Of a DNA stretch of 64,000 nt, positions 1-11,577 are shown piece by piece. Location of the stretch: contig NW_003314265.1 in the NCBI RefSeq assembly GCF_000143415.4, forward strand, positions 2,745,181 to 2,809,180, given 5' to 3'. The notes under the pieces are model-generated. The model did no database searches, was not told the DNA's origin, and worked only from the letters and a program-made list of their open reading frames with translations. This stretch comes from Selaginella moellendorffii. Lineage: Eukaryota > Plantae > Lycopodiophyta. The translations under genes and the position numbers were made by a program. How positions within the stretch are numbered: the first letter of the stretch is position 1; every line of letters starts with the position of its first letter.

Positions 1-3000
1 AATGCCATCTCTTCTCTAATACGTCCACGCTCATGTTCAGTGGTCGAAGAACCCATCCGGTTGAGCAGATTATGGAGATGCGGATAGTGCTTGGCTAGAC
101 AATATACATGCCATAAATGATGACTGGTGTCTGTCCGATCAAATGGCTTCTGATATACCATTCCATCTGCCATTTGGTTGATTTCTACAGCCACCTCCTG
201 GAATGGCCGGTTCTCTATCACCATCGCTTCAAGCCGTTTTGCAAGGTCCCCCAGAACATACGGTTTCTTCTCCCTAGTTTCCATACTGCAAGAGATGGGG
301 TGCACTGCATATGTGTACGTGTTCGCTGCAGTTTTAATCGGTGAGTCATCGATGATGAGGATTTCACTTGACCTAGCAGTCCGGTTCATCACTACAGCCT
401 CTGCCTTGACGAAGATGGGCTTGCTACCCCTCATATGGACCATAGTCAAGCAATCCTCCTGCGTTAGGAGAAAGTCAAATGGTAATATTACTCGCGTCTA
501 ATCGTGCATCATCTGTAGCAACGTTAATGCATTGTGGCGCATCATGGATGTCCAAACTCCCAATTGCAAATTGAACCCAGCCCTTTGTTTTAAGTGTCGC
601 ATGGTCATTATTAGATCCCGCAGTTTCTCCCGTGTGATTAATGTGAATCTGTCTCTTTTGACCAACTTGCGACCGCAGGCTTTGGAGGGTGCAGTGACAT
701 TCGAGGACAAGCCACGCTCATGGGAGAAAAGGACACCGTTCAGATCAAAAACGATACAGTACTTTCGCCGTGACTCTGAAATGAAATGCGTCAGCATAAA
801 AAATGGTACAAGTCAATTTTACCATCTACAATATTAGCGAATGGTGCTCCCGATGGTCGTTCAGAGGGTTTTGGTCGAGGAAACGTGAAGGGCGGAAATA
901 CTCTCCTCTGCAATGTGGGGTCAATCGCATCCGATGGCGTGTGGGCACATGCCATTTCAGCTGTAGACTCTGGTACAACTGGCTCAACAGTGGCATGGGG
1001 TGGTTCCGATGGCGTGTGATCACACGCCATTTCAGTTGGTGCCTCCGTTGGCAAAGTGGACATGACCGAACAGGCAGCAGGGGCGGTGTAGGGAGGTTCC
1101 AATGGCACGTAGTCAGACGATTGGGCACACGTTGGAAATGAGGATACGATCGGCTTGGCGGCTGGGGCGGCCTCATGCGGGTCCAATGGCGCCTGGTCAC
1201 CGTCAGTTGGATACGTGGACAAGATTGACTCAGTGGTATGGGCAGCATCAAGTGGAGCGTGGTCAGCTTGCTTGGCGTTGATATGGATAGTAGCCTCCAC
1301 AAGCTCTGATGACTCTTGCAGGCAAGTAGAGTCCACTGGCGGATCCATATGCATGTCCAAATATCTCCCTTCGATTGAGATGGTATCCTCCCGTGCTACT
1401 AAAAACAAACTCATTAGCACATTGAATCGACTATATTGTATTTACCATCAACTGCTATTGAGGAACTAGGACCGATATCACTTGGGCGCACTGCTGATTC
1501 TGAAGGATTGGACATACGTTTCGACCCTTGCTTGGCACTATCCTTCCTCGACACTAAAGGCTAGAGTTTGTATCTTAATTCAACTGAATAATCTCTACTT
1601 ACCATTTCTTCTGCGACCTACATGGACAATGTTAGAAATGGTAAAAGGTTAGGAATGGATGTACTATTATTTACCTGATGGTTTGTCTTGTATGACCTTC
1701 CTCCGCTGCTCTTTGGCCACCTCAGGCTGGCCATCGTCATCATCATCGTCATCGTCGTTATTGTGATCGTCACCATTGTGAGGACCATCCAAGTCCTCTT
1801 CGTCCTCCTCTTCTTCATCCTCCTCTTCTTCGTCCTCCTCTTCTTTGTCCTCCTCTTCGTCCTTCTGCTCTTCCTGCTCATTATCTTTCTCTGGCTCCTC
1901 ATCCCCCTCTTGCATTTCTTCCATAGGCTGCTTAGGCTGGATGGCTTGTTTTTCTAGGACCATCTTGGGAAAATCATTTGGCCGAGTCTCCATCTCAAAA
2001 TACAAGACATCCATAGCCTGTTTTAGTGCGTGACCTAGGACCGTATCCTCACCCGACTGTCTTAACATGGTTTCTGCACGTTCTTGCACCCTTCGAAGAC
2101 AACGAGATGAGAAAAACGTGGCCCTGACTTGAAAAGCATCCCTCATCCATTGTACCTCTCCATTGAGATTGGGGAAGGGGAGTCCACCATAGGAATCTGA
2201 GTCAGAAGGTGGTGACTGGCTCCTTTCACTCAGCCCTTGATCTGCAATGAATGGCATGAGCACACACGCCATAACCGCGAGGCATTACCTATCATCTTTT
2301 CGTTGCCCTTCTTCCTTTTCGAATCAAACGCCTCTGATCCCGACGACTGTCCAACGTGCTTTCGCTTTTTATGACCACTGTCAGTTTGAGCTTGGCTGGT
2401 GCTTGCCTGTTTTGCCTTTGAAGAAGTGTCTCCTGCAAGGAATGGTATGAGACCACATGCCATTGCAAATATAATTTGTACCTCCTTTTTTCCTATTGCT
2501 TGTCTGTTTGTCCTTCTTCGACGCGCCACCAGTGCGCTTTTCAGTCCTCGTGTCTGAATATTCACAACGATCTATAATCAAAATGGCGTGAGGCCTCACG
2601 TGACCTTACCTTGTGCAGGTTGTGAGCTCGGCCTAACATCAGTAGCTGTTAACGCCATTTCAACATCTGGGGGTGGCCACGCTCCTGCATACAGAGCTTG
2701 TGAGATAACATTTAAACTTAAAGTGCGTACTCACCAGGTTCGTAGAGAAGATACTGTTTTTCTTTGGCAACTGTAATTATATGCTCCATTGAAGTCACCT
2801 CTTCAATGGAGTTTGTCACCGCAACACACGGGACACCCTTGAGTAGTGCGGCTCGAAAGAATAGTCCGCCGCAGTTGTACTCGACAACGCATTTGCCCTT
2901 GGAGTCACCCGCTATTGCGTTGAAGACCCAACTGAGCATTTCCCATGCTGCACCTGGAGCTTTCTTTGGATTCGAAAGCTCCATAGCCGTCTTCAGTTCC

Positions 3001-5297
3001 TCAGGCACGGGTAAATTGACCTCCCTCAGATCAATTCGATCGGCTTTGTTGAACGAAGCTGGGAAGTCACTCCAGTCCCACTCTGCTGCAGGACCAATAA
3101 CAAGGGCGACTGTGAAGATGCGGACATTCGTCGGTATCTTCTTCTTAGCCATTATCCCATGGATCTCTCGCATCTCCTTGCCTTTCAACCGAGCCTTCAC
3201 CTCGTTCAAGGCCTTCCAGAACTTGTGATAGGATTCGGAGTCGTAGATCATATAGTGGACTGAAGATTCCACCTTCGCAAGTCCCACCATTAAGTCAATG
3301 ATGGAGCTGACTTCGTCTGCATGAGTGATCTCCTCGTTTGTGAAGTCCATCACACAAAAGATGTTCTTGACCTGCTCATCTCCGCGGGAAACGATGCTCC
3401 TCCACCTTTGATCTTCATCCGAATTCACGTATACCCGGTAAGGTTCTCGATAGGCCTCTGTTGCGGGGTCGAGCTGTTTCTGAAGCCGGCGGTCGACATC
3501 CCTCTTAATGAAATTTGGATACTGATCCAACTTCTCAGCTTTACTTTTCGTGGCATCCCGCAGCAGATCGATGAACTTGGGGGCCCCCTTCACGTAGTCG
3601 TCGATGTCTTCATTTGACAAGTCCAGCTCTTCCATCATCTCTTGCGTGGTGTCGATGCTCACCCTCGCCATGGCCACTTGCTCGAAGATCCAATCCTTCA
3701 ATAGCGCACGAGCTCTCAGAGTCGTGCACAAGTCCTCATATGTCACAATATGGCCGGGAGTCATTTTGGTCTTGTTGAAGACTACCTCACCACGTAGAAG
3801 AGCATTAGCCACTGTCAGAAGGTCGTCGTCGTCTAGAGACCGCGAGAAACGCAAGGCGTTGAGCTTCAAATCATTGGGCTTCCGGCCGTCCTCCACACCC
3901 ATTGAGTTTAGCAACTCCCCGTCATGGTACCTCCTCAGCACATCTACACATTTGTCAAAAACAACTTTTGTCGCGAGTAGAATGTTATGGATGCTGAGTG
4001 TGTTATTGACCCCCAGTGTTTTCGAGAGAAGACTCGAGAATTCCTGCAATGGAAATGGCGTGAGGCCACATGCTATGCCACATGCAACGAGGCTTACCTG
4101 CCAGGCGCTAGTTGCTAGTGCACGTCCTTGTCCTGGTTTTTGTGGCTTCTTCAGTTGAACCCAGAGCTTCCGTGTTCGTGCCAATGTCTCGTGCAGACCC
4201 GATTTGTAGCACGTTTCTTGCTTGACATTCTGCGCGTGGGAGATGTATATGATAGATCGGAGGGGCGAGTTGCCTTTTATCAGGCGGACAACTCTTGTCT
4301 TGAAGACTTTCTTCACCTCCTCGCCCACCATAATATCCACAACTATCTGTTGCATCGCCAAGCTAGAATGCTGCCCGGAGACGGCATAGAACCGGATGTT
4401 CTGATCGTCCAACACCTTCCTATTGATCAAGTCTGGAAACCTCGTCTCGCCCTTCATTGTTCGGTAGTAGGGGATCACGTCTGCGATGTCGGGTGTTACT
4501 GGACTTGCCAGCATCTTCTGCTTCAATTTCTCCACCCACTCATCAGATACTAGCCTATGGTTGTATTTGCTTTGGATCTCAATACGGCTCACGTCGATTG
4601 TATATACTTTGTTGGAATAGTAACAAGTACTATTATCTGCGACGATTTTTGCTGCCTCTTCTTGCTCTTTCTGCTCTTTGCGGCTCTTCTTTTTGGTGGG
4701 TGTAGTGTTCGAACCTGAGGCAATGGCATCACCGAGTAGCTTCTTTTTTGGAGCAGCAGAGTCGGACGTCGGCTTGAGCTTGACCACCCTTTTCTGCTTC
4801 GGGGTAGTTTCCAGATCGACCCCCTTCCCCTTCGCTTCGCAAACTGGAGGCACTCTCAACGGCTCAATGTTGGAATATAGTTTTTGAACATCACCGTAGG
4901 TGAGGTCCGTGGATTCCATGTGATCTTCATAGACCCGCAGCGTCTTCGAAATTGTGGGCCTCCTGGACAACCTCTCCCTAGCTCCATCTAGGAATTCCTC
5001 ATAGCCGCTGCCCCCCTCCGGGAAGCCGCTAGGATGTGCAAGGTGGATCTTGAAGGCGGACACTGTCTCTACCACAAGTGCCAATCCATATTCTTGCATG
5101 CAACTGCATGGAGTGTCTGTCACTTGGATGAGGATCCCCATGCATTCTTTTCTCCCACCATCTGTGTTGTACAGCATCAGATCCTCGCCTTCCATCCCGA
5201 AAGTCCAACTGGTGAGCTCCTCCCCCTTCTCTGCATCCACATTGACAGTGGCTGGAAGAAGAACGCAATTCCTCGCCTGTTCAGAAATGCACAACAA
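1..5297 (-). pseudogene. Transposon accessory gene, ~1600+ aa when spliced: ParB/Srx-like domain, degenerate N4/N6 DNA methyltransferase-like fold, acidic/PEST linker, FCP1/NIF-like HAD phosphatase; disrupted in this copy
   Basis: GT-AG introns at 4044-4097, 2685-2734, 2572-2609, 2433-2481, 2242-2288, 1618-1674, 1554-1602 and ~1400-1444 join ORFs 2718..5297, 1667..2272 and 791..1420 in frame. A 1-nt frameshift in the A6 run (798-803) leads into ORF 498..797 (CIVFDLNGVL). That frame continues past TAG 498-500 to ...ILIIDDSPIK... Motifs: YNHRLVSDEWVEKLKQKM...FYAVSGQHSSLA (ParB-like) and KKAP...KCVVEYNCGGLFFRAALLKGVPCVAV (MTase motif X/I-like). Start codon uncertain. Confidence 0.7.
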
Positions 5298-5744
5298 TTA
5301 GAGCTGACAGATGAAAAACTAGCAGCTGGAAATAACGTGAGGCCACACGCCATTCACCACTGCATCAGATGTCTTGAGGCTGCATCCTAAGATGGCGTGA
5401 GGCTACACGCCATCTGTAACTAGACTGCACTCGAGAGCCCAATCGGTGCATGCCAATGTTGCTACTGAATGGCATGTGGCCTTATGCCATTTTCTACTTG
5501 GCCTAAAAGACTTACCATTTGAAGCTGAATGGAGGCCGTGACAATCGAGGCCGGACTCGCTGGCGAATGTGCACTGTGTGTGCAGCGGATCGTAGCAGCA
5601 AGGCTACTCTGCCACTTACAGTTGGAGAGTGGTGCTGAAATCTCCCGGGACGCCAAGTGGGCTGCGTGTGGGTGGCGGAGTGGGCGGCGGAGTTGGCGGC
5701 GAAGTTACAAACTGGGTGTGTCTTGAAGTGGACGCTGATGCACA

Positions 5745-5876
5745 CGAGCGCGATGCGAGCGCGAGTGTGATGCAAGCGCGAGTGGACGCCGATGCACACG
5801 AGAAACCTGTAGAGAAGTGAGCGTGATCGCGAGTGGGAGCGCGATGCGAGTGGGAGCGCGAGTGTGCGAGCACGAG
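5745..5876. repeat. CpG-rich GCGAGT/GCGATGCGAG short tandem repeats upstream of the accessory gene
   Basis: Repeated gcgagtg, gcgcgatgcgag and gatgcacacgag units. Confidence 0.7.
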
Positions 5877-7939
5877 TACAAAGCAAAATGCAAAACCCAA
5901 CCTCACACGCGCGAAATGTCACAACGGTTGGTAATCCCGCCACGTCATCATTCCTCGGACTTGGGCGCCACCATTAATTTCTGGATTGCCGCGCGCATGC
6001 AAGCACGCAAAATCCAAAAGAAATCCGCAACGTCATCATTCCTCGGACTGCATGCACGCGAAATCCAAAAGAAAGATCATGATTGGGATATCATTTAATA
6101 CCCTCGCTATATTTATACCATGCATGATTGGATATTCCAAAGCATCTTGTATTTCCAAAAATGGCAGATGTTCAGCTAAATAAAGAAATTCTATCTGTTT
6201 CTATTTTTCTCTCAAATCAATATTATAGCGTGTGGGCTCATGCAATTTTGAACCAAAGAAACCCAAAAAACGTTGGACCCAAAATATTTTGAAAAAACCC
6301 AAAAAACCCTAAACATTTTAAACCCAAAAATCCAGGCGTCCTGTGGCGTTATTCCTTGAATGGCGTGTGGGCATATGCCATTTTTAGGGCCAAATGCTGA
6401 ATGGAGAAAAATTCCCTTTCAGTGCAAATGCTGCAAGAGGCAGATGCCGAGCACAAAGGACTGTAACTACCTCATATGACACAGATAAACTTTTCTCTAT
6501 TTGGCAAAGATAAACTTTATAGCGTGTGGGCTCATGCAATTTTGAACCCAAAAAATGCACCAAAAAATTCTCGGCGTCATCTGGCGTTATCTCATGAATG
6601 GCGTGGGGCCACATGCCATTTTCAGGGGCACATAGGAGTATATTCCTAGGATATTCTGACACGCGCGAGATTTTTTTGAGTTTTTTGGAGATCCAACCGT
6701 TAGATCGCAACTAGATTTTACAGAATGGTATACAATGTCTTTCTTGATGACCCTGCAAAGAAGCATCTCGATCGGACACCACATGAGACCACACGAGCCT
6801 TACAATGTTTCAGGGGCATTTGCCATAGATCCAACCGTTATTTTGCTCCAAGATTTTACAGTTTGGTGTGCATTGACCTTTCCATCGAAACTGCAAAGGG
6901 ACATCACAATCAGATGCGGGATCACAAGAAACTAACTTCACTAACTCTGGTTTCACCAAGATCTACGTAAGGAGTTATGAAATGAAAGGACCCTCTCTAT
7001 TGAAATGTGTTTATGGTCCTAGGAGCACTGTGACATATCAAAGGATTTTGCATCAAGTTCTGTATTTGCATGTTTATCAAGCTACTGAATTGCTAAACCC
7101 TAAACATATGGCAAATGCTGCGTGAAGAAAGATGCCCTTTCTGGGCAAATGCTGTAAGAGGCAGATGCCGAGCAGATGTATCTCAGGCTAGCGAAGGGGA
7201 CAAACGAAAGCTAGCTATAAACATGACGGGATGCAAATAGATTACTAGGCTGGTCCTACGAAAATCAAAAACCATAATTGAAAACATTGAAAATGCAAAA
7301 AGAAAGGTTTATAATATTTTTGAATTTTAAGCAACCAAAGGAATGTAAGTAGGGCATGTGTTTGTAAGTTTAAAAATGCCTCAACCACTTAAATTCCCAA
7401 GTAAATAAAGCTGTTTCTATTTTTGGTACAGGTAAACTTTATAGCGTGTGGGCTCATGCAATTTTGAACCCAAAAATGCACCAAAAAATGCTCGACTAGC
7501 ATTATTCTTTGAATGGCGTGTGGCCTTATGTCGAGCATTATTCTTTGAATGGCGTGTGGCCTTATATTGCCATAAATGGACGTACACACACAGCATAATT
7601 ATTCCTTTACACGGCGAATAATCTTGGCGCGGATCGCTGACATGGCATGGCAAAGTTCGAATCACTGACATGGCACAGCTGGATTGAGGCAAGGACATGA
7701 TGTGACAAAGTTCAACCTCCGACAGCAAAGTCTAGAAGCTACTTAGTTTGAAATTTGTCAGAGGAATCATAAGATCTGGTTTGTCAGAGGATTTGATGTG
7801 ACGTTCAAGCGTGTGTTATTTTTGAATTCTCGAACTCATTCCTAGGTCTATCATTTTTGTGCGCCGTGTTCTTGGTTCCGCTGAGCGCAGTGAGCGCTGC
7901 TTATGTATGCGGCGTTGTGGGCTGTGGTTTATGTGTCTA

Positions 7940-8070
7940 CGAGCGGTTGCGGCATTGCAAGCGCCATTGCGAGCGGCAGTTTATGCGAGTGGCAGTTTGT
8001 GCGAGCGGCGCTACGAGCAGTTGCGGTGTTGCGAGCGGCGCTACGAGTAGTTGCGGTGTTGCGAGCGGCA
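7940..8070. repeat. CpG-rich GCGAGCGGC repeats, including a 30-bp tandem duplication, upstream of the transposase
   Basis: gcgagcggcgctacgag(c/t)agttgcggtgtt at 8001 and 8031, plus further gcgagcggc units. Confidence 0.7.
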
Positions 8071-8435
8071 CTGTCTTTGGTGTGGCTACCGCTTCCTCTT
8101 GATATTCGGCACTTGTGCTTCCTGGTATGTTCACCATGGAATGGCTTAGGACCACATTTAGAAATGGCATGAGGCCACATGCCATCTTGGGCCCTTGCAA
8201 TTTCATGGCTAGCGTATTGTCATGTATGTTTTTACTTGCCTGCAGCTGTGTGTATATCAAGATGGCATGAGGCCTCATGCCAATTTTGTGAATGCGAAAT
8301 TTCACGTGGGTGTCAATAGCATGTTTGAATAATGGCATGTGGCCTCATGTTATTGAGGTTGTTTGGTATGTTATGATTTAGGCCATTCTCCAATCATTTT
8401 TTGTATGGTCTTAACTTCTTTTCTACACTTTCAGA

Positions 8436-11400
8436 ATGGCCTTCAGGGTTGGGGAAAAGGTTTACATTTTGAATGGTGGGAAAAGAGTTGCAAAAGGGAC
8501 CCTTGTGTCTATGGATCGGAACTTTGTTATACACTGTCAAAGGCTTGGGGAAGGCAATGCTTCTGTATCAGTAGAGACTGTCTTCGATGGGAATGTGGTC
8601 GCTATTGAACGAGGAGAGATGGTCGTCGGGGTAAATGTTGTTGTTGCCTTGAAAAATCTTCAGAAGAAAGCAGATGTTGGGGACAGCGCAAGTGCGACGC
8701 ATGTTCCCTCCGTGGATCTTAAGAACCGTGCTACATGGATTCAGGCAAAGGTGTTTCTAAACAACCCCGAGGGGGAGGTGGTAGCTGAGGGCTTAGCCAC
8801 AGTTGTCGATCCAAGAGATGCGGTTGCTAATCAAGAATTGGGCTGGGATGATATTGGAGTTGCGATTTTAGAGGTTGTTGACACAGAAGAAAACAGTCTG
8901 ACTATTGGAAGCATTGTGCGGTGGAAATTGAGGCACTTAGTGTTTGAGAATGTGAAGGATTCACAATCAAACACCACTACAACTGATGACAGAACATCTC
9001 TTCATGGGAAAAGAAAGTACACCTTCCTAAAGCGCAGCCAAAGGGATCTGAGCAATGAACCGAAAAGGCAGAAAATGGCGATGGAGGTTCGAATGGTCTC
9101 GACAGTTGCTTGTTGCAAGAGGAGGTGCTGTCAACATGCTGATTGGGATGCTATTGAAGAGGAGAGAGCAAGATACAAGACATTGTCCTGGAAGGCAGCT
9201 CGCAATTTTGTGTATGAGGCATTACGGTCATCTGTTGATGTTTCAGAACATCAGGTGGGGGGCATGGTCTTCCAGAGGGGTTTGGTCTGCATGAAGGCAT
9301 GGAGAATCATTTATGGAGTCCCTCGAACCACATTCTACAGAATCAAAACTGAGTTCGAGGAACAAAAGGTTCAACAGGCAGTCCATGGGAACGACGGTAC
9401 GCACAAAACCAGGGGTCATGTTGTATATGGAGAGGCAATCTTCAAGAGGTTTGTCGAGACATGTAGCGAGCAGCAACCACATAAAACCCGCCTCTTGGAA
9501 GATGGAACACGAGACACCCAACGAGTTCTCCCTTCCATGTATACCAAGGGGGCCATATTGGAAGATGTGAATCGGGAACTCCAGAGTAATGGCTACAGGA
9601 AGCTGAGCCAATCTAGATTTAGTAGATTGTGGAGCAACAGGTTCAGGGATGTGAGTATAGGAAAGTATTCAAGCTTTTCAAAGTGTGACGAGTGCACTGC
9701 TATCAAAATGGCTTTGTCGAAGAATTCTTGCAGCGCTCAAGAGCGAGAGACGTTGGTTAGAAGGCGGCTCGACCACAACATCGAGCAGAGAAGCTGCAGG
9801 ACTGCATATTATCATAACAGGATTCTCTCCATGGAGAGACCTGACTCTTACCTCTGCATCATCCACGACAAAATGGACCAGAAAAAGACGTGCTTACCTC
9901 GACTCAATCCTGCCCCCAAGGCAATCTCTTCATCCATGCAGCTGCCTGTGTCTCTGTTTGGCATAATCGCTCATGGGCATGGTGCCTAGAACTATGGGAA
10001 CTTCTTTGTACCTCTATGGGGTGGCGGGGGTGCAAACATGATGATTGCGTCCCTAGCAAAACACTTAAGGTCTCTGCAAAGTGTGCAGACTGAGCTGAAC
10101 GGCCAACCCTTGCATAAGGCCCTTGTTGATCGAACCCCATACAGGGTTCAGCTGGAGGAGGAGCAAAGGCTTGCAGTATCGCGTGGGGCCCCATGCCATC
10201 CCAGTGAATATGTTGGCCGTCAGATTGTAGGGTTATCACGTGAGGCCTCATGCCATTTCGACGAGGCTGGTCGCCCGGTGAATGCACAGCCTCATCCAAA
10301 CGAAGCAAAATCTCAAGGAAGTTCTTGCGGCCGATGTGGCCTTCCACCCCATCTTCTGCTCCAAACAGACAATGCTGGCAGTGAGAACAAAAACATGTAC
10401 GTCTTCGCGTACTTGGCGATGCTTGTTGCCAAAGGCATATTTGAAACGGTTACACTTGGCTTTCTCATGGTTGGGCACACTCATGAAGACGTCGATGCCA
10501 TGTTCAGTCACCTGGCAGAGTCCCTCCGGCGATCCAATGTCCTCACCCTCCCACAACTCTACGATGAATTCCAAAATTGCATCAAAGGCACTATTGAAGC
10601 TGCACTTCTGACAGAGGTTCCAGACTTTAAGGGGTTTGTAAGAGGCTACATCAGGGACGGATCCGAAACGCTGATTGGCCACTCCAAGCCTCTTCAGTTT
10701 CATTTCAGCATGTGTGACGGTGCTCCAGTGATGAGGTACAAGATGAGAGAATGGGACACAGTGTGGCTGCCAGTGGACGGCATTGAACTCTTCAAGAGAG
10801 ATCCCATAACTGGGGAACCTATGATTCCTCAGGGTTCCCCACGGCCGATGCACCCGGATGGACTCAAAGACCAGGAAAGTATAGTGGCCGGGATTAGACA
10901 GTATATTGCCTTCTGGAAGAGGGGGTTGGTGTTTGGTGGAGAATCCTATTTTCAGAGGTGCAAGCCTTTGCTCGAATACTGGGAGAAGATTATATCTGCT
11001 ATCCAAAATGGGCCGGTTGTATATGAAGAATTGGAAGAGTCCTTTTGGCCAGAACCCAGAGCACCAGATAGTAGCGGAACAATGTCCTTTGGAAATGCAG
11101 TGACAGATAACGATGCTGAGGATCACTATTGTGGGCCGAGGAACAAGAAGCCGGATTCAGCGTTCAATCCAGTACAGGTCTGCAAAGGAATGGTCGTGCT
11201 TGTCAGACCCAGTAATAAAAAACAAATGATATGGGTGGGGCGCTGCATCACTGATGCAGAGGAGGACGCGGAAACTAACTCCTTCAATGTAACTGTGGAG
11301 TGGTTCAAGCCAAGTTCCGGATATACGAACGATTGCCTAGAAAAGAGATGGGTGCTGAATCCAAGGGATCCCAGCATGAGCATATCGGTGGATAATGTTG

Positions 11401-11577
11401 TGCATGGTTGGATGCGGAAGCAGAGTGCCACCATCACCTTGCCAGACCATGCAAGAGATGCAGCAAGAGCATTCATAACCCGGGTTCAAGGTGAGATTCA
11501 TGAATATTCCTTTACTAAGTTTCTAATGTATTTTATTTCAAGGTGAACAATCCGAATCTGAATCAGAGGAGGCATGA
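8436..11577 (+). pseudogene. Sola-like DDD transposase (~1030 aa) with a single in-frame TAG at 9987-9989
   Basis: ORFs 8436..9989 and 10038..11546 are in the same frame. Catalytic motifs IHDKMDQKK, LQTDNAGSENKN and FLMVGHTHEDVDAMFS; Cys motifs CCKRRCC and KCDEC. Probable last intron 11491-11542 gives ...GEQSESESEEA* (TGA 11575-11577). Confidence 0.85.

Noticed and set aside
6304-6313. Telomere-like AAACCCTAAA (also near 7095)
   Set aside because: Isolated single units, not an array.
9987-9989. Programmed stop-codon read-through or an alternative genetic code (TAG in the transposase, the phosphatase domain and XRN)
   Set aside because: Host genes use TAG as a normal stop and the XRN paralogue shows TGG at the same site; simple nonsense mutations suffice.
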